From positions 1-54,638 of the forward strand of contig JAGWXP010000001.1 in the NCBI GenBank assembly GCA_018969845.1: DNA of 54,638 bases, given 5' to 3'. The stretch is from Lysobacteraceae bacterium. GTDB taxonomy: Bacteria > Pseudomonadota > Gammaproteobacteria > Xanthomonadales > Rhodanobacteraceae. Within the stretch, counting starts at the first letter, position 1. Each line of letters begins with the position of its first letter. The position numbers and the translations under genes are program-made. Below the pieces are notes generated by a model. It searched no databases. It saw nothing but the letters and a program-made list of their open reading frames with translations, and was not told the DNA's origin. This document shows, piece after piece, positions 29,884 through 45,820 of this stretch.

Positions 29884-30834
29884 TCAACCGGCGGGGACGG
29901 CCCGCAGTTCCTTGGGCAGGGCGAAGGTCATGTTTTCCGGATCGCCCGCGAGCTGGCTTACGCTGTCCGCACCCCACTCGCGCAACCGCGCAACCACATC
30001 CTGCACCAGACTCTCGGGCGCCGAAGCTCCGGCGGTGACGCCGATGCGATTCCGGCCGTCCAGCCATTCGCGGCGTATGTCCTGCGCACCGTCGATCAGA
30101 AACGCCTCCACGCCCTGCTTCTGCGCCAGCTCGCGCAGACGATTGGAGTTTGAGCTGTTCGGCGAACCGACCACCAGGACCAGATCGCAGGATGCGGCAA
30201 GCTTGCGCACCGCATCCTGGCGGTTCTGGGTGGCATAGCAAATGTCATCGTGGCGGGGGCCCTGGATCGCCGGAAATTTCGCGTGCAGCGCCGCGATCAC
30301 GGATTTCGCGTCGTCGAGCGAGAGCGTGGTCTGCGTCGAATAAGCAATGTTTTGCGGATGGCGGGGCTCGAGTTTCGCCACGTCGTCCGGCGTTTCGACC
30401 AGATGGATTTCGCCGTCGGTCTGCGCGCTATTCCACTGGCCCAGAGTGCCTTCCACCTCCGGATGCCCGGCGTGGCCGATCAAGACCACATCCCTGCCCG
30501 CCTTGGCGTGACGCGCGACTTCGATGTGTACCTTGGTCACCAGCGGACACGTCGCGTCGAACACGCGCAAATGCCGCGCCGCGGCCTGCGCGCGCACCGC
30601 CTGCGAAACGCCGTGGGCGCTGAAGATCACGGTGGCGCCATCGGGCACCTCGTCCAGTTCGTCGACGAACACGGCACCGCGTTCACGCAAGCCGTCAACC
30701 ACGAAGCGGTTGTGCACGACCTCATGGCGCACGTAGATCGGTGCGCCGAAGGTTTCCAGCGCGCGTTCGACGATTTCGATGGCACGATCGACGCCGGCGC
30801 AGAAACCACGCGGATTGGCGAGCAGGATTTCCAT
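29884..30834 (-). CDS. ispH: HMBPP reductase IspH
   Basis: [35 protein letters not shown]. Confidence 0.97.
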   Translation of the reverse strand: MEILLANPRGFCAGVDRAIEIVERALETFGAPIYVRHEVVHNRFVVDGLRERGAVFVDELDEVPDGATVIFSAHGVSQAVRAQAAARHLRVFDATCPLVTKVHIEVARHAKAGRDVVLIGHAGHPEVEGTLGQWNSAQTDGEIHLVETPDDVAKLEPRHPQNIAYSTQTTLSLDDAKSVIAALHAKFPAIQGPRHDDICYATQNRQDAVRKLAASCDLVLVVGSPNSSNSNRLRELAQKQGVEAFLIDGAQDIRREWLDGRNRIGVTAGASAPESLVQDVVARLREWGADSVSQLAGDPENMTFALPKELRAVPAG

Positions 30835-30838
30835 GCCC

Positions 30839-31348
30839 CTATTCTACTTTTCCCGGTTCGCCGCGGGTGAACAAACCGAATATCACCAGCAGCGCGGCGC
30901 CGACGCTGATCGCCGCATCGGCCACGTTGAACGCCGGAAACGGCCAGGCGCCGATGTATACCTGTATAAAATCCGTGACCTGACCCACGCGCAGGCGGTC
31001 GATCAAGTTACCGAACGCACCGCCGATCACCAGCGCCAGCGGCAGCGCCGTACGCCAGTCGCGGCGCGGTGTGTGCGCCAGCCAGCGCACCAGTACCGCG
31101 CTTACGCCGACGGCTATGACCGAGAACAGCCAGCGCGACCACTGCGGATGTTCGGCGAGGAAACTGAAGGCCGCGCCGGTGTTGAACGCAAGCGTCCAGT
31201 TGAAGAACCCCGGAATCACCGGCTGCGGCACGTAAGGCGTGAGCACATGCAGCACGATGGCCTTGGTCGCCTGATCCAGCGCGATCACCAAGGCAGTGAG
31301 CCAGAGCCAGATCAAGCCGCCCCGCTGCGAGAACGAATGGGCGGCCAT
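30839..31348 (-). CDS. lspA: Lipoprotein signal peptidase
   Basis: [28 protein letters not shown]; TGATG overlap with ileS. Confidence 0.96.
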   Translation of the reverse strand: MAAHSFSQRGGLIWLWLTALVIALDQATKAIVLHVLTPYVPQPVIPGFFNWTLAFNTGAAFSFLAEHPQWSRWLFSVIAVGVSAVLVRWLAHTPRRDWRTALPLALVIGGAFGNLIDRLRVGQVTDFIQVYIGAWPFPAFNVADAAISVGAALLVIFGLFTRGEPGKVE

Positions 31349-34215
31349 CAGAAGTAGCGCCGGTCTTCGCCGCGATTGCCGGGCAGATTGTCGACACAGC
31401 GCTCGCAGATTTCCGGATGGTCCTTGTGCGCACCGACATCCGGCCGATGGTGCCAGCAGCGGATACATTTGGCGTGTTCGCTGACGCGCGCGGCGATGCG
31501 TACGCTGCCACTGTCCAGCGCGACGGTTTGCGCGGAATCCGGCGCTGCCGCGGCATCGGCGAGCGTGACATCGGAAACGATAAAGAAAAAACGCAATTCA
31601 TCGCCCATCGCGCGCAGGCGCTCGCACCACGCCGCATCGACATACAGTGTCAGCTCGGCATCGAGCGCCGCGCCGATCTGCCCGGCGTTGCGCATGCCTT
31701 CCAGCAGCTTGGCCGCACCGTCACGGATTGCAAGCAAATCGCCCCAGAAATTGCGCTGATGCGCGGCGCCGTGCGTTGCTTGAAGTCCCGCGTACCACGT
31801 CTCGAACAACACGGACTCATCGCGCTTGCCCGGCATCTGTTGCCAGATTTCCTCGGCCGTGAAGCTCAGCACTGGGGCGATCCAGCGCACCAGCGCTTCG
31901 AGAATGCGGTACATCGCGCTCTGCGCGCTGCGCCGGCCGCGGCTGTCTTGCTGCATCGTGTACAGGCGGTCCTTGGTGATGTCGAGATAGAGCGCACCCA
32001 GTTCGTTGGTGCAGAAATTCTGCACGCGCTGCACGACTTCCGGGAAATCGTATTTCGCGTAGGCGGCAATGATGGCTTGCTGTGCGTCGTGTGCCTGCTG
32101 CACGGCCCACTGATCCAGCAGCAGCGAATCGGCGACCTCAACCAGGTGCTTGTCCGGTTCGAATCCGTGCAGGTTGCCGAGCAGGAAGCGGGCGGTGTTG
32201 CGGATGCGCCGGTAGCCGTCCGCTACGCGCTTGAGGATCGTCTCGGACAGCGCCATTTCGTTGCGGTAGTCAGCCGAGGCGATCCACAGGCGCAGGATGT
32301 CCGCGCCGTAGTTCTTGATCACGTCCTGCGGCTCGATGCCGTTGCCGAGCGACTTGGACATCTTGCGGCCCTGCTCGTCCACGGTGAAACCGTGCGTGAG
32401 CACTTCGTCGTAGGGCGCCTTGCCGTGCATGGCAACGGACGTGAGCAACGAGGAATGGAACCAGCCGCGATGCTGGTCCGAGCCTTCCAGATACATGACC
32501 TCGTCGCCGGGATTTCTCGCCAGGTTCGCGCGCCGGTCGAGCACGCAGAAATGGGTGACCCCGGAATCGAACCAGACGTCGAGGATGTCCGTGACCTTTT
32601 CGTAGTCGTCCGCATCGGCGCCGAGCAATTCACGCGGATCGAGCGCGTACCACGCATCCGCGCCCTCTTTCTCGACGCGCTGCGCGACCCGCTCCATCAG
32701 TTCCACGCTGCGCGGATGCGGCAGCTGGGTGGATTTGTGCACGAACAGCGCGATCGGCACGCCCCAGGTGCGCTGGCGCGAGATGCACCAGTCGGGACGA
32801 CCTTCGATCATGCCGGCGATGCGTTCCTCGCCCCAGGCCGGAAACCATTTCACGTCATTGTGGATCGCCTTCAACGCATCGGCACGCAGGTTCTTCTGTT
32901 GCATGCCGATGAACCACTGCGGCGTGGTGCGGAATGCCACCGGCGTGCGGTGCCGCCAGCAATGCGGGTAACTGTGCGTGATCTTCGCGAACGCGAGCAG
33001 CGCACCGCGCTCGCGCAGCAGATCGACGATGGCATCGTTGGCCTTGAAGATGAACTGGCCGGCGAACAACGGCGTTCCATCCAGATACACGCCATTCGGG
33101 CCGACCGGATTCAATTCGGCCGGAGTATATTTGTCCACAATGCCGTATTTCTGGCCGACGGCGAAGTCCTCGGCGCCGTGGCCGGGAGCGGTGTGCACGG
33201 CGCCGGTGCCCTCTTCGGCGGAAACGTGGTCGCCGAGGATGAGGGGGACTTGGCGGGCGTAAAACGGATGGCGCAATTCGAAGCCTTCCAGCGCAGCACC
33301 CTTGGCCTCGCCCTGCGCCCTCGCCGGTTCGATGCCGTAACGCGTCAGCGCTTTCTCGGCCAATGCGCGAGCCAAAACGAGCAGAACGCGCTTGCCGGCC
33401 CGTTGCGGGCCTTCGACCAGAACATAATCCAGTTCCGGTCCCAGCGTCACCGCGAAGCTCGCCGGCAGCGTCCACGGCGTGGTGGTCCAGATCGGCACGG
33501 CGACGGTGTCGTCAGCGCCGATGCTCACGCCGAATTTCGCCGCCAGCGCTTTCGCATCGACCGCGTCGTAGGCCACGTCGATCGCCGGCGAGGTCTTGTC
33601 CTGGTATTCGATCTCGGCCTCCGCCAGCGCCGAACCGCAATCAAAACACCAGTGCACCGGCTTGAAACCACGCACGACGTGGCCGTTTTCGACGATTTGC
33701 GCCAAGGCGCGGATGATGTCGGCCTCGTATTGAAAATCCATCGTCCGGTAGGGGTTTTCCCATTCGCCAAGCACGCCCAGGCGCTTGAAATCGGCGCGCT
33801 GCAAGTCGATCTGTTTCGCTGCGTATTCGCGGCACAATTTCCTGAACTCGGCGGCATCGACTTTCTGCCCGACTTTGCCGACTTTCTTCTCGACCGCCAC
33901 TTCGATGGGCAGACCGTGGCAATCCCAGCCCGGCACGTACGGCGAGCGCCGGCCGGCCAGCAACTTCGACTTGACCACGATGTCCTTGAGGATCTTGTTG
34001 ACCGCGTGACCAAGATGAATTGCGCCGTTCGCATACGGCGGGCCATCGTGCAGGATGAAGGCGTGTTCGCGACCCGCGGTCTTGCGCTGAATTTGCTGAT
34101 AACGCTGCGACTTTTCCCAGTCGGCGAGCATGCCCGGCTCGCGCTTGGGCAAGTCGGCCTTCATCGCGAACGCAGTCTGCGGAAGGTGGATGGTGTTCTT
34201 GTAGTCGTTGCTCAC
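31348..34215 (-). CDS. ileS: Isoleucine--tRNA ligase
   Basis: [26 protein letters not shown]-terminal CxRCW/CxRC zinc site. Confidence 0.98.
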   Translation of the reverse strand: MSNDYKNTIHLPQTAFAMKADLPKREPGMLADWEKSQRYQQIQRKTAGREHAFILHDGPPYANGAIHLGHAVNKILKDIVVKSKLLAGRRSPYVPGWDCHGLPIEVAVEKKVGKVGQKVDAAEFRKLCREYAAKQIDLQRADFKRLGVLGEWENPYRTMDFQYEADIIRALAQIVENGHVVRGFKPVHWCFDCGSALAEAEIEYQDKTSPAIDVAYDAVDAKALAAKFGVSIGADDTVAVPIWTTTPWTLPASFAVTLGPELDYVLVEGPQRAGKRVLLVLARALAEKALTRYGIEPARAQGEAKGAALEGFELRHPFYARQVPLILGDHVSAEEGTGAVHTAPGHGAEDFAVGQKYGIVDKYTPAELNPVGPNGVYLDGTPLFAGQFIFKANDAIVDLLRERGALLAFAKITHSYPHCWRHRTPVAFRTTPQWFIGMQQKNLRADALKAIHNDVKWFPAWGEERIAGMIEGRPDWCISRQRTWGVPIALFVHKSTQLPHPRSVELMERVAQRVEKEGADAWYALDPRELLGADADDYEKVTDILDVWFDSGVTHFCVLDRRANLARNPGDEVMYLEGSDQHRGWFHSSLLTSVAMHGKAPYDEVLTHGFTVDEQGRKMSKSLGNGIEPQDVIKNYGADILRLWIASADYRNEMALSETILKRVADGYRRIRNTARFLLGNLHGFEPDKHLVEVADSLLLDQWAVQQAHDAQQAIIAAYAKYDFPEVVQRVQNFCTNELGALYLDITKDRLYTMQQDSRGRRSAQSAMYRILEALVRWIAPVLSFTAEEIWQQMPGKRDESVLFETWYAGLQATHGAAHQRNFWGDLLAIRDGAAKLLEGMRNAGQIGAALDAELTLYVDAAWCERLRAMGDELRFFFIVSDVTLADAAAAPDSAQTVALDSGSVRIAARVSEHAKCIRCWHHRPDVGAHKDHPEICERCVDNLPGNRGEDRRYF

Positions 34216-35171
34216 ATCGATACTCCAGCCGTTGCCGTCGTGCTCCGGCTCAAAATTTCCCGCGCCGCCTGCGCGTCAAGGTCGATCTGTCGCACCATCG
34301 CGTCGAGGTTGTCGAACTTCTCCTCGTCGCGCAACTTTTGCACAAATTCCACTTCTATACGTTTTCCATACAGATCACCGTCGAAATTGAACAGGTGCGC
34401 CTCGAGCAGCACTTCGCGACCATCGACGGTCGGGCGCGTGCCCAGACTGGCCACACCCGGCATCGCCGCATCGCGCACACCGCGCACGCGCACCGCAAAC
34501 ACGCCACCTACCGGCGCGGTGCGCGAGCCGAGGCGCACGTTGGCCGTCGGATAGCCCAGTTTGCGGCCAAGCTGCGCGCCGCGCACGACGTGTCCGCCGA
34601 TGGCAAAACGCCGCCCGAGCAGGCACGCCGCCGCATCGAAATCACCCGCCGCAAGCAGCGCGCGAATACGCGAACTCGATGTCCGTTCGCCATCGATAAC
34701 GAACGCTTCGATCGTCTCGGCGTGCAGACCGTGCGCGGCGCCTTCGCGCCGCAACATCGCCAGATCGCCCGCGCGACCATGGCCGAAACGAAAGCCCTCG
34801 CCCACCCACACTTCGCGCGCGCCGATACGCTTCACCAGCACGCGCGCAATAAAATCCGCGGCTGACATCGCCGCCAGACGGGCATCGAAGCGCAGCAGCA
34901 GCACGCGGCTCATGCCGGCATCCCGCAGCGCGAGGATTTTCTCGCGCACTGACGAAAGCTGCGGCACCGCCGCGCCGCCTGCGAAATACACGCGCGGTAT
35001 CGGCGCAAAACTGATCGCAACCGGTTCCAAATTCAACATTTGCGCGCGCTGGCGCACCTTCGCCAGCACCGCCCGATGGCCACGATGCACGCCGTCGAAC
35101 GCGCCGATGCAGACCGCACTTCCGCGCGGCGCAAGGCATGGGCCCGCGACGTCTCGATGCAACCAATTCAT
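34212..35171 (-). CDS. ribF: Bifunctional riboflavin kinase/FAD synthetase
   Basis: [31 protein letters not shown]. Confidence 0.96.
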   Translation of the reverse strand: MNWLHRDVAGPCLAPRGSAVCIGAFDGVHRGHRAVLAKVRQRAQMLNLEPVAISFAPIPRVYFAGGAAVPQLSSVREKILALRDAGMSRVLLLRFDARLAAMSAADFIARVLVKRIGAREVWVGEGFRFGHGRAGDLAMLRREGAAHGLHAETIEAFVIDGERTSSSRIRALLAAGDFDAAACLLGRRFAIGGHVVRGAQLGRKLGYPTANVRLGSRTAPVGGVFAVRVRGVRDAAMPGVASLGTRPTVDGREVLLEAHLFNFDGDLYGKRIEVEFVQKLRDEEKFDNLDAMVRQIDLDAQAAREILSRSTTATAGVSM

Positions 35172-35207
35172 CGCGGAAGTATAGCGGTTACGCTGCGATG
35201 CACAACG

Positions 35208-36815
35208 TCACGCGGCGTGTAGCTCCCGCATCCGGAAGCCGCTTGCAAACAGCACGGCAACGTAGGCCGCGGAAGCGGCAAACACGAGTACTGCAAGATG
35301 CCAGGCGCGGGTGGCTATACGCACCGTGGTCCAGTCCGGCCACAGCCAGACCCCGACCATCAGCACCGCCATCATCACCGCGCTGGCGATGCCCAGACGC
35401 AACCAATGACGAATCCAGCCGGACTGACGCGTGTACACGCCGGCTCGCTTCAGGTACCGCCACAGCAAGGCAAATTGCAGATAGTTGGATACCGAACTGG
35501 CGATCGCCAGGCCCAGATGCAGCCCCGGCAGGCGGGCGATGCCGTCGAGCCAGGGCATGCGTTTCAATTCCTGCGGCGCCCAGGCCTCGAACAGCACGGC
35601 AACGAAGACGAAGTTGAAGGCCATGTTGACGACGAGTGCGGCGACGCCCGCGCGCACCGGGGTTTTCGTATCCTGCCGCGAATAGAAAGCCGGCAACAGC
35701 GTGCGCGTGAGGGCGATGGCCGGCACGCCGACACCGAGCGCGACGATGGCGATGGCGGTCATGTGTGTATCAAACGCGGTGTACTGGCCGTTCTGGAAAA
35801 ACGTGGCCACCAGCGGCTCGGCCAAAATCAGCAAGGCGCACATGGCCGGCACCGCAATCAGCAAGGTCGTGCGCAGGCCCCAATCCAGGGCGCGCGAAAA
35901 GCCTTCGCCGTCCTCGGCAACGTGATGCCGCGACAACGCGGGCAGGATTACCGTGCCGAGCGCCACGCCGAATACGCCCAGCGGCAATTCCAGAAAACGC
36001 GTGGCCTGATACATCCAGGTCTGCGAGCCGGTGGCGAGCAGCGAGATGACGATGGTGTCGAGCAGCAGGTTCAACTGCGCGATGGAGGAGCCGAACAAGG
36101 TCGGCAGCATCAAGTGCATGATCCGGCGCACCTGCGGATGCTTCCAGCCCCAGCGCGGCAGCGCGAGCAGATGCAAGCCGCGCAACGCCGGCAGCAGGAA
36201 CAGCAATTGCAGCACGCCCGCTGCCAGCACCGCCCAGCCGAGCGCAAGAATCGGCACATGCAGGCGCGGCGCCAGCCACAGCGCCCCCGCAATCATGCAG
36301 AGGTTGAGGATGACCGGCGCCAGGGCCGGCAGCGCGAAGCGATGGAAACTGTTGAGCACGCCGCCGGCGAGCGCGGTCAGCGAGACGAATAGCAGATAAG
36401 GAAAGGTCAGACGCAACAGGCCGACCGTCAAACCGAATTTGTCGGGCTCTTCCAGCACGCCGGGCGCGAAGGTCAACGCCAGTTGCGGCGCGAAGATCAA
36501 GCCGAGGGCGGTGATGACGAGCAGCACGCCACCCAGTGTGCCGGCCACGCGCGCGGTCAGTTCGCGCAATTCGGCGTGGCTGCGGGTTTCCTTGACCTGG
36601 GTGAACACCGGCACAAAGGCGGTGGAGAACGAGCCTTCCGCGAACAGCCGGCGCATGAAGTTGGGGATGCGAAAGGCGATGACGAAGGCGTCGGTTGCCG
36701 CGTTCGCGCCGAAGACGTGACTGATGGCGATGTCGCGCGCCAGGCCCAGCACGCGCGAAATCATGGTCATCGCGCTGAACGAAAAAACCCCGCACAGCAA
36801 GCTCGGCGCCTTCAC
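35208..36815 (-). CDS. murJ: Lipid II flippase MurJ
   Basis: [44 protein letters not shown] start at 36815 is inferred. Confidence 0.95.
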   Translation of the reverse strand: MKAPSLLCGVFSFSAMTMISRVLGLARDIAISHVFGANAATDAFVIAFRIPNFMRRLFAEGSFSTAFVPVFTQVKETRSHAELRELTARVAGTLGGVLLVITALGLIFAPQLALTFAPGVLEEPDKFGLTVGLLRLTFPYLLFVSLTALAGGVLNSFHRFALPALAPVILNLCMIAGALWLAPRLHVPILALGWAVLAAGVLQLLFLLPALRGLHLLALPRWGWKHPQVRRIMHLMLPTLFGSSIAQLNLLLDTIVISLLATGSQTWMYQATRFLELPLGVFGVALGTVILPALSRHHVAEDGEGFSRALDWGLRTTLLIAVPAMCALLILAEPLVATFFQNGQYTAFDTHMTAIAIVALGVGVPAIALTRTLLPAFYSRQDTKTPVRAGVAALVVNMAFNFVFVAVLFEAWAPQELKRMPWLDGIARLPGLHLGLAIASSVSNYLQFALLWRYLKRAGVYTRQSGWIRHWLRLGIASAVMMAVLMVGVWLWPDWTTVRIATRAWHLAVLVFAASAAYVAVLFASGFRMRELHAA

Positions 36816-36833
36816 CGGGAAGCCACTCCGTGA

Positions 36834-36862
36834 TTGACGCAACCCCGCGTGCCGCCTACAAT
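36834..36862 (+). promoter_or_regulatory. sigma70 promoter of rpsT
   Basis: TTGACG-17 nt-TACAAT. Confidence 0.7.
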
Positions 36863-36910
36863 TGTCGGCCGTTTCCGCCCCCCTATTCCTTTTTCGAACG
36901 GAGTTACACC

Positions 36911-37171
36911 TTGGCCAACATCAAATCCGCCAAAAAGCGCGCGCGTCAGGCCGTCAAGCGCAATGCGCGCAACGCCAGTTCGCGCTCGATGCTGCGCACG
37001 GCGATCAAGAAAGTCGTGAACGCGGTTGCCGCCAAAGACAAGGCCGGCGCCGAAGCCGCCTACAAGGCCGCCGAGCCGATCATGGACCGCTATTCCAGCC
37101 GCGGCCTGATCCACAAGAACAAGGCGTCGCGGCACAAGAGCCGCCTGACGGCGCATATCAAGGCCCTTTAA
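36911..37171 (+). CDS. rpsT: 30S ribosomal protein S20
   Basis: [23 protein letters not shown]; TTG start after GGAG. Confidence 0.97.
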   Translation: MANIKSAKKRARQAVKRNARNASSRSMLRTAIKKVVNAVAAKDKAGAEAAYKAAEPIMDRYSSRGLIHKNKASRHKSRLTAHIKAL

Positions 37172-37258
37172 CGACATATCAGTTCAGGATCATTGAAAAG
37201 TGCGGTCAGAATGACCGCATCGTGATCCTCGCGATCACGGATGATCGCAAAAATAACG

Positions 37259-37279
37259 CCGGCGCAAGCCGGTTTTTTT
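37259..37279 (+). terminator. Rho-independent terminator after rpsT (possibly bidirectional)
   Basis: ccggc-gcaa-gccgg followed by T7; A-rich run upstream. Confidence 0.75.
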
Positions 37280-37292
37280 GCCGCCATCCGTT

Positions 37293-38468
<1,176 letters not shown>

Positions 38469-38473
38469 ATCGC

Positions 38474-38737
38474 TCAGCCCTCGACCTTGGCGACGCTCAC
38501 CGTTCGGCGGCTCTTGGCGCCCTTGACGCTGAACTGCACGGTGCCGTCGACCAGCGCGAACAGGGTGTGGTCGCGGCCGAGGCCAACGCCGTGCCCCGGA
38601 TGGAACTGGGTACCGCGCTGACGCACGATGATGTTGCCGGCTTCCACGGCTTGACCGCCGTAGATTTTCACGCCGAGATACTTCGGGTTCGAGTCGCGAC
38701 CGTTACGGGTACTGCCGCCAGCTTTTTTATGTGCCAT
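38474..38737 (-). CDS. rpmA: 50S ribosomal protein L27
   Basis: [30 protein letters not shown]. Confidence 0.98.
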   Translation of the reverse strand: MAHKKAGGSTRNGRDSNPKYLGVKIYGGQAVEAGNIIVRQRGTQFHPGHGVGLGRDHTLFALVDGTVQFSVKGAKSRRTVSVAKVEG

Positions 38738-38748
38738 GACTGTGCTCC

Positions 38749-39063
38749 TTACTTCGCCGCGATGCCGGTGATTTCGATTTCGGTGTAATGCTGCCGATGA
38801 CCCATCTGCTTCATGTGGTGCTTGCGGCGGCGGAACTTGATGATGCGCACCTTGTCGGCGCGGCCGTGAGCCTTGACGGTAGCGGCGACGCTGGCGCCGG
38901 CCACGAGCGGCGAGCCGACCGTTATGCCTTCGCCTTCGCCGATCAGCAGCACCTGGTCGAATCTGACCGCAGCGCCGACATCGGCCTCGAGTTTTTCCAC
39001 ACGCAGGGTTTCACCCTGCATGACGCGGTATTGCTTACCGCCGGTTTTGATGACTGCGTACAT
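38749..39063 (-). CDS. rplU: 50S ribosomal protein L21
   Basis: [21 protein letters not shown]. Confidence 0.98.
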   Translation of the reverse strand: MYAVIKTGGKQYRVMQGETLRVEKLEADVGAAVRFDQVLLIGEGEGITVGSPLVAGASVAATVKAHGRADKVRIIKFRRRKHHMKQMGHRQHYTEIEITGIAAK

Positions 39064-39143
39064 GGGTTTTCCTCTGTAGTTATTTTTCGTTTCGCCCGCG
39101 GACTCCGGCGAACCGACCATCTGCCGACCAGCGGCAGCCGCGC

Positions 39144-39173
39144 ATTATAGCAAGGACTACTTTTTCAGGTCAA
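39144..39173 (-). promoter_or_regulatory. sigma70 promoter of rplU-rpmA
   Basis: TTGACC-18 nt-TATAAT on the minus strand. Confidence 0.75.
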
Positions 39174-39285
39174 ACAGGCACTTGGGTAGCTGTCGTTCCG
39201 GCAAGGACGGCGGAATGACGCACAAGCGCATGTGCCTATCTTGACGGCCGCGCTATAGTACTCCGTTCCCCACATTCGTCTGTTC

Positions 39286-42143
<2,858 letters not shown>

Positions 42144-42147
<4 letters not shown>

Positions 42148-42563
42148 ATACTGCGAACGCAATGCCGTTGCTGATGTCGTTGACGATTCCAGTGCGCTGG
42201 CGCGATCTCGACGCGTTCAACCACGTCAACAACTCGACGTACCTCACCTACATCGAGGAGACGCGTTTGCACTGGATGGAAAGCCTGCCCGGTGAATGGA
42301 TGAACGCGAGCCATTCTCCGTTGCTCGCCGCCGTGCACGTCAATTACCGGCGCGCGGCGAACTGGCCGGCGACGATCGTTGTCGAATTGTATTGCGAACG
42401 CCTCGGCAACACCTCGGTGACGCTCGGGCATCGCATCGTCGACGCCGCCGATCGCGAGGTGCTGTATTCCGACGGCCACAGCGTGATGGTCTGGGTCGAT
42501 CCGGCGACGGGTAAACCGGTTCCGCTGCCGGAGGCGGTGCGCAGAGCCTGCGCACCGGATTGA
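42144..42563 (+). CDS. Acyl-CoA thioesterase (4HBT/YbgC-like hot-dog fold)
   Basis: [19 protein letters not shown]; ATGA overlap with uvrA. Confidence 0.88.
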
Positions 42564-42602
42564 TTCCAAAGGGGCCTCTGAAAAACCTTCACGAACGAAC
42601 CG

Positions 42603-43040
42603 TTATTCAGAAGTTTCTATGAAGTCACGCACGACGAAATCCGCGTCCGCACCGGTTCCGGATTTTGTGGAAATGTGGATTTTCACCCAATCCCCGGATT
42701 TCAGCGCGCGCTTGGCATCCATCAGCATGAAGTGCTTGCCGCCCGGCGTGAAAACCACGCTGGCGCCCGGCGCGATGGAAACATTACCGAGTTGGCGCAT
42801 GCGCTCGACACCGTTTTCGCTGAAGCTCTCGTGCAGCGACACGTCGCCGAAATCAGCGCTGCTCGCTCCTGTCACGACGACGGGCGCATCGCCGTCGTTC
42901 TTCAACGTGGCGTAACCGGCCAGCATCGGCGCGTCCGGCGGCGCGGCGCGAATCCAGGCCTGCTCAACGACCAAATGTCCCGCCGCGCCCACATTCGTTG
43001 CGCATCCGAGCAATAACAGCCAGCCCAATTTCAAACGCAT
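42603..43040 (-). CDS. Periplasmic copper chaperone PCu(A)C
   Basis: Signal peptide, AWIR..PP, and an exact H-X10-M-X21-H-X-M copper-binding motif. Confidence 0.9.
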   Translation of the reverse strand: MRLKLGWLLLLGCATNVGAAGHLVVEQAWIRAAPPDAPMLAGYATLKNDGDAPVVVTGASSADFGDVSLHESFSENGVERMRQLGNVSIAPGASVVFTPGGKHFMLMDAKRALKSGDWVKIHISTKSGTGADADFVVRDFIETSE

Positions 43041-43045
43041 GTTTG
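43032..43045. promoter_or_regulatory. PsrA-like operator palindrome
   Basis: Perfect CAAAC-gcat-GTTTG about 50 nt upstream of the enoyl-CoA hydratase/isomerase gene. Confidence 0.55.
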
Positions 43046-43096
43046 CCTCGGCGATGTTTCGTTTATGATAGCCGTTCCGCATACGAAACAACGGTC

Positions 43097-43864
43097 ATGC
43101 TCGAATCCATCCGTCACCATGACATCGTCGAACTGCGCCTGACCCGACCGCCGGTCAATGCGCTCAATCCCGAACTTGTGCGCCGCTTGCGCAAGGCCGT
43201 CGGGGACGCCCCGGCGCAAGGCGCGCGCGGCATCGTTCTGTCCGGCCGACCCGGCATGTTCTCCGCCGGTCTGGACGTGCCGGAACTGCTGCAACTGGAC
43301 CGCGCCGCGCTTGTCGCCTTCTGGCAGGATTTCTTCGGGCTGTGCGCGGCCCTGGCCGCCTCGCCGATCCCCATCGTCGCCGCGATCGGCGGCCACAGCC
43401 CGGCCGGCGGTGCGGTGCTGTCGATCTTCTGCGATTACCGCGTCATGGCACGCAGTGCCGATCCGGCCAAGCCGTTCCGTATCGGTCTGAACGAAGTGCA
43501 GGTCGGCCTGTCCGTTCCGGAAGTGATCCAATGCGCGCTGCGCCGCCTGGTCGGAACCTACCGCGCCGAGCGCATGGTCGTCGCCGGGCAGATGCTGGAA
43601 CCCGAGCAGGCGCTGAAGATCGGCCTTGTCGACGAGTTGACCGGTGCGGAGGAAGTACTGCCATGCGCGCTGGCATGGCTTGGCGATCTTCTGAAGTTGC
43701 CGCCGCAGGCAATGGCGGCCACGCGCCTGCTCGCGCGCTCGGATCTGATCGGCCTGTTTGCCGACCCGACGCGCTTGTCGGTCGAGGAATTCGGCGACGC
43801 CTGGTTCGGCGCGGAAACGCAGACCACACTCAAGGCGCTGGTGGCGCAGCTCAGGAAGAGCTAG
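43097..43864 (+). CDS. Enoyl-CoA hydratase/isomerase family (delta-isomerase-like)
   Basis: RPPVNAL, FSAGLD, GHSPAGG, IGLNEVQVGL. Confidence 0.88.
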   Translation: MLESIRHHDIVELRLTRPPVNALNPELVRRLRKAVGDAPAQGARGIVLSGRPGMFSAGLDVPELLQLDRAALVAFWQDFFGLCAALAASPIPIVAAIGGHSPAGGAVLSIFCDYRVMARSADPAKPFRIGLNEVQVGLSVPEVIQCALRRLVGTYRAERMVVAGQMLEPEQALKIGLVDELTGAEEVLPCALAWLGDLLKLPPQAMAATRLLARSDLIGLFADPTRLSVEEFGDAWFGAETQTTLKALVAQLRKS

Positions 43865-44673
43865 ACGGTTCCCGGCGACAATACTTCGTCGATCGAATAT
43901 TTCCCCGCCGGGCGACCCGCGATCCAGATCGCGGCAGCGAGCGCGCCGCGGGCGAATATGTCGCGGCTGGCCGCCCGGTGTGTGATCTCCAGACGTTCGC
44001 CCGCGGTACTGAACAACACGGTGTGTTCGCCGGCGACGTCACCGCCGCGCAACGCCGCGAAACCGATTTCGCCCGGGTGGCGCGGTCCGGTCTTGTCGAT
44101 GCGCGCGAACACCGCGCATTCGGGCAGGGTCATGCCACGGCTTTCCGCAACGGCCTGTCCGAGCGCAAGCGCGGTGCCCGATGGCGCATCCTGCTTGCGC
44201 GCGTGGTGCATTTCCACGATCTCGCAATCCCAGTCCGGCAACGCCGCACCGATGCGCCGGGCCGCGCGCAGCAGCATGGCCACGCCAAGACTGAAATTCG
44301 CCGCCCACAGCACGGGAATCGTCTGCGCCGCACGCTCGAGCGCCGTCTGCTGCTCCTCGCGCAAGCCGGTGGTGCCGCTGACGAAGGCAGCACGGCGTTC
44401 GACCGCCAGCGCCAATGCCGCATCGAAGGCATGCGGACCGCTGAAATCCACGAGCACGTCGCAAGGCACATCCGGGTCGAGCGCGGTGGAAAAATCGACC
44501 ACGCGCGGCAGCGTGCCAAACACGCGATCCAGCGGTTCGTCCGCCAGCCCCGATCCGGGACGTACCAGCGCGCAGGCAAGGCGGGTCTTGTCCGACTCGA
44601 GGATGGCGCGCACCACCGCCTGACCCATGCGGCCGGAGGAGCCGTAGACGACGACGTTGACGTGATCGCTCAT
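43861..44673 (-). CDS. dapB: 4-hydroxy-tetrahydrodipicolinate reductase
   Basis: GSSGRMG, GTTG, EMHHARKQDAPSGTA, GEHTV. Confidence 0.96.
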   Translation of the reverse strand: MSDHVNVVVYGSSGRMGQAVVRAILESDKTRLACALVRPGSGLADEPLDRVFGTLPRVVDFSTALDPDVPCDVLVDFSGPHAFDAALALAVERRAAFVSGTTGLREEQQTALERAAQTIPVLWAANFSLGVAMLLRAARRIGAALPDWDCEIVEMHHARKQDAPSGTALALGQAVAESRGMTLPECAVFARIDKTGPRHPGEIGFAALRGGDVAGEHTVLFSTAGERLEITHRAASRDIFARGALAAAIWIAGRPAGKYSIDEVLSPGTV

Positions 44674-44701
44674 GCGGCCATCCTAGCCGCAATGCGACGC
44701 T

Positions 44702-45820
44702 TCAGGAAGTCACGCGTTCGACGAAACGTTTCACGCCATCGAACCACGAACTGGCGCGCGGCGTGTGCTTGTCAGCGTCGGCACCGAAACTCGCCTCGAA
44801 CTGCTGCAGGAGTTCACGCTGTGGCTTGCTCAGCTTGACCGGCGTTTCCACGACGACGCGGCAGATCAGGTCACCGACATGGCCACTGCGCACGTTGCGC
44901 ACGCCCTTGCCGCGCAGGCGGAACAGCGCGCCGGTCTGGGTCTCGGCCGGAATCTTGATCGAGGCCGCACCACCGAGCGTGGGAACCTCGAGCTCGGCAC
45001 CGAGCGCGGCCTGCGAAAAACGGATCGGCACCTCGCAGAAAAGATCGTCGCGTTCGCGCTGAAAGATCGCGTGCTCGTGCACGTTGACCTCGACGTACAG
45101 GTCCCCGGGCGGCACGCCGGCCGGGCCGGCTTCGCCCTCGCCGGCCAGGCGAATGCGATCGCCCGTATCCACGCCGGCGGGAATCTTCACCGCGAGTTTC
45201 TTCTCGTGCTGGACACGGCCCTCTCCATGGCACGCCTTGCACGGGTTCGCGATCGCACGGCCCGAGCCACCGCAATGCGGACAGGTCTGCTGGATCGAGA
45301 AGATTCCGTTCTGCATCCGCACACGGCCATGGCCCTGACAGGTCTTGCAGGTACCAAGCTTGCCATCGGCCGAACCGGAGCCGTCGCATTTTTCGCAGGA
45401 CGCAAGCGTCGGTACGCGGATTTCCTTTTCCGTGCCGAACACGGCTTCTTCCATGTCCAGTTCGAGGATGTAGCGCAGATCCGCGCCGCGCCGCGTCTGG
45501 CGGCCACGGCCACCGCCAAAGATGTCGCCGAAGATGTCGCCGAAGATATCACCCATGTCGGCGAAGCCGGCGCCGCCGCCGCGGCCCGTGCCGTGTTCGA
45601 AGGCGGCATGGCCGTGACGGTCGTACAACGCTCGCTTCTGCGGATCGCCGAGGATCTCGTAGGCTTCCTTGGCTTCCTTGAAATGCGCTTCGCAATCCTT
45701 GTCGCCCGGATTGCGGTCGGGGTGGTACTTCATCGCGAGGCGTCTAAACGCGGTTTTCAACTCCCCTTCGGTCGCACTGCGTTCGACCGAGAGGACTTCG
45801 TAATAATCGCGCTTGCTCAT
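44702..45820 (-). CDS. dnaJ: Chaperone DnaJ
   Basis: J-domain with HPD, G/F region with DIF repeats, four CxxCxGxG motifs. Confidence 0.98.
   Translation of the reverse strand: MSKRDYYEVLSVERSATEGELKTAFRRLAMKYHPDRNPGDKDCEAHFKEAKEAYEILGDPQKRALYDRHGHAAFEHGTGRGGGAGFADMGDIFGDIFGDIFGGGRGRQTRRGADLRYILELDMEEAVFGTEKEIRVPTLASCEKCDGSGSADGKLGTCKTCQGHGRVRMQNGIFSIQQTCPHCGGSGRAIANPCKACHGEGRVQHEKKLAVKIPAGVDTGDRIRLAGEGEAGPAGVPPGDLYVEVNVHEHAIFQRERDDLFCEVPIRFSQAALGAELEVPTLGGAASIKIPAETQTGALFRLRGKGVRNVRSGHVGDLICRVVVETPVKLSKPQRELLQQFEASFGADADKHTPRASSWFDGVKRFVERVTS

Noticed and set aside
39174-39285. LexA boxes upstream of uvrA (and of recN)
   Set aside because: No CTGT-N8-ACAG or TTAG-N6-TACTA match was seen.
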